Shown piece after piece: positions 61,825-64,000 of a DNA stretch of 64,000 bases. The stretch is from positions 832,001-896,000 of the forward strand of contig OZ250165.1 in assembly GCA_965238005.1 (NCBI GenBank), written 5' to 3'. This DNA is from Longimicrobiales bacterium (GTDB lineage: Bacteria > Gemmatimonadota > Gemmatimonadetes > Longimicrobiales > Gaopeijiaceae). How positions within the stretch are numbered: the stretch's first letter is position 1; each line of letters opens with the position of its first letter. A program made the translations under genes and the position numbers. The notes under the pieces are model-generated. The model saw only the letters and a program-made list of their open reading frames with translations. It searched no databases and was not told the DNA's origin.

Positions 61825-62084
61825 CAGCCGGCAGTGGGGCGGCGTCTCCATCTGGACTTCTTTCAGGCCAAGTTAGGGGCGGCACGCGAAGGCCGAGAGT
61901 CGTATGGATGAGCTACTGGAAGAGGCACCCGACTTTCCCGTCGTTGACATTGTGGCCTTCAGAGCGATCCGTGGCCGGGCTTCGAATGACACACGCAGCG
62001 GTGTGGGGTTGGGTCTGCGATCCCAATGGCTTGTGGCCAGCAAGCCGGTTATCATTTTTGTATACCATCGACGAGAGGGTTGTC

Positions 62085-62750
62085 ATGCTATCTAGTGTTC
62101 TTCGCTCCAGCGTCGTCGTTTTGGCTTGCTTACTCCTCCACGAATCAGAGGCCTCAGCGCAAACCCGGGACGAAGCTCAAGGGCCGTTACTCTACCCGCG
62201 GATGCTGTTCGACCAGCGAGCCACCATGCGGGACGGAATCGAGCTTTCCGCCGAGGTCTATTTGCCCAAAGAGCCCGGACAGTATCCAGCCCTCCTCATC
62301 CGAACTCCATACCTCAACAATGGGGAGTCTTCCCTGGAGTTTGGACGATACTTCGCCCGCGCAGGCTACGCGGTGGTCATCCAGGATGTGCGTGGCCGCG
62401 GTGAGTCGGACGGTGAGTTCGATGTTTATTTTCAGGAAGACGAGGATGGCTACGACACGGTGGAATGGGGGGCGCTAAACAACAGCCCTGGTGTAACGGG
62501 AAGGTCGGACTGATGGGTGGCTCGTATCTGGGCTTCGTTCAGTGGGCGGCGGCCAAGCTCAGGCCGCCCCACCTGGTCGCCCTCGCGAGTACGGCTGCAG
62601 TGGGCAGGACGTTCCGCGAATACCACTACAACTACGGAGCAGTCAACCTGTATCCCCTGCGCTGGTACTTTGGTGTCTCAGGAAGGACCAGCCAGAATTC
62701 CGATATTGTGGATTGGGCCACGGTCTACAACCACCTCCCAACTCCACGAT
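62085..62750 (+). pseudogene. CocE/NonD-family serine hydrolase, frameshifted and IS-interrupted
   Basis: MRDGIEL, LIRTPY, QDVRGRGESDG, then GGSYLG in another frame; cut by the IS3 at 62751. Confidence 0.8.
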
Positions 62751-64000
62751 TGGAGCTGTCCCGTTTCAGTGGACGGGTGAACACTGAGGTTTATAGTCTG
62801 TCCCCCTCGCTGGGGAGAGGAAAGCTTCCCCCGCGCAGCGGGGGAGTAAAGGGCAACTTGGCCACGCAGGTTTCTCATGCTGCCGCTCCGTGGCGACGCT
62901 CGAAGTTGATGGGCGACAGCTGACCCAGTGCCGAGTGTCGCCTCCGGGGGTTGTAGAAGCCCTCGATGAAGTCGAACACGGCCATCTTCGCCTCGGCCTG
63001 GGTCCGGAAGCGCTGCCGGTCGAGTAGCTCGCACTCGAGCGTCGCGAAGAAGCTCTCGCACATCGCGTTGTCGTAGGCGTCGCCCACGGAGCCCATCGAG
63101 GGCCGCACACCGACATCGTTGCAGCGTAGGCCGAAGGCGATCGAGGTGTACTGGGTTCCCTGATCACTGTGATGGATGACGCATTCGGGCCGGCGCTGCC
63201 AGGTCGCCATGTTCAGCGCGTCCAGGACGAGCTCGGTGCGCAGGTGCGTAGCCATCGACCACCCGACCACCCGCCTGCTCCAGACGTCGAGCACAACCGC
63301 GAGGTACAAGAACCCCGCCCAGGTCGGGATGTAGGTGATGTCGGCCACCCACAACTGGTCTGGCCCGTCTGCGCTGAAGTCCCGCTCGATGAGATCCGGC
63401 GCGGGACGGGCGTCCTCGTTGCGCCTGGTCGTCTTCGGGCCGCGCCGCCTCCGGCTAGCTCCCACAATCTCGGCCTGCTTCATGAGCCGGCCCACCCGCT
63501 TCTCACCGACCCGCTCGCCAGCTTCCTTGAGGTCCGCGTAGATGCGGGGCCGGCCATAGACCCTTCGGTTCTCGCGCCAGACCGTCTCGATCCGCTCTGT
63601 GAGCTCCTCATCTCGCTTCGCCCGAGCCGAAGGCTCGCGATCCAACCAGGCGTAGTAGCCGCTGGGGGAGAGATCCAGCACACGGCACATCGCCCGCACA
63701 GGGAAGTCGGCCTGATTCGTCTTCATGAACTCGAACCCCGTTCCGGGATCGAGTTGCTCTCCCGAGCAAACCAGGCGGCGGCTTTTTTTAGAATCTCCTG
63801 CTCCATGCGCAGACGCTTGTTGTCACGCCGAAGCTGCCTGAGTTCCCCACGCTCCTCCGTCGTCAGCCCGTCACTGCGACGGCCTTCATCCAAGTCAGCT
63901 TGTTTGACCCAGTTCCGTATCGCCCCGTTTGAGGGCTCGAACTCCCGGGCCAGCTCCTCCACGGAGCGGCCCGACCTGACCAACTCGACCATCTGCCGCC
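62751..64000 (-). mobile_element. Second copy of the same IS3 element (runs off the window)
   Basis: Apparently identical to the copy starting at 59510. Confidence 0.92.

Overview
This GC-rich 64 kb window is almost entirely accessory DNA, built from nested integrative elements, IS elements and decaying genes. There are two paralogous copies of an ICE-like conjugation module (virD4-virB11-small acidic ORF-ardC-putative Replic_Relax-type protein-membrane ORF, with virB5/6/8-like genes before copy 2). Three P4-type integrase elements are present, and one of them (4.2 kb) splits virD4 copy 2 at its Walker-B codons. Defence cargo includes an MmeI-like type IIL R-M enzyme, an HTH-nuclease-STAND NTPase fusion, a 5'-truncated Z1/DUF4420/AIPR (Mza-like) cluster, a GIY-YIG nuclease, and a four-gene Ubl-E2-JAB-E1 (type II Bil-like) operon that converges on a proteasome-beta/HslV-like Thr protease. 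The clearest unexplained structure is a Cre-like recombinase gene (49309-50301) bracketed by two inverted 13-8-13 bp lox-like sites, directly upstream of a 1771-aa FN3/Calx-beta autotransporter. The repeat-rich adhesin and lipoprotein resemble those of host-associated (e.g. sponge) symbionts, which is inference only. All family calls come from motifs recognised by eye; no database searches were run.
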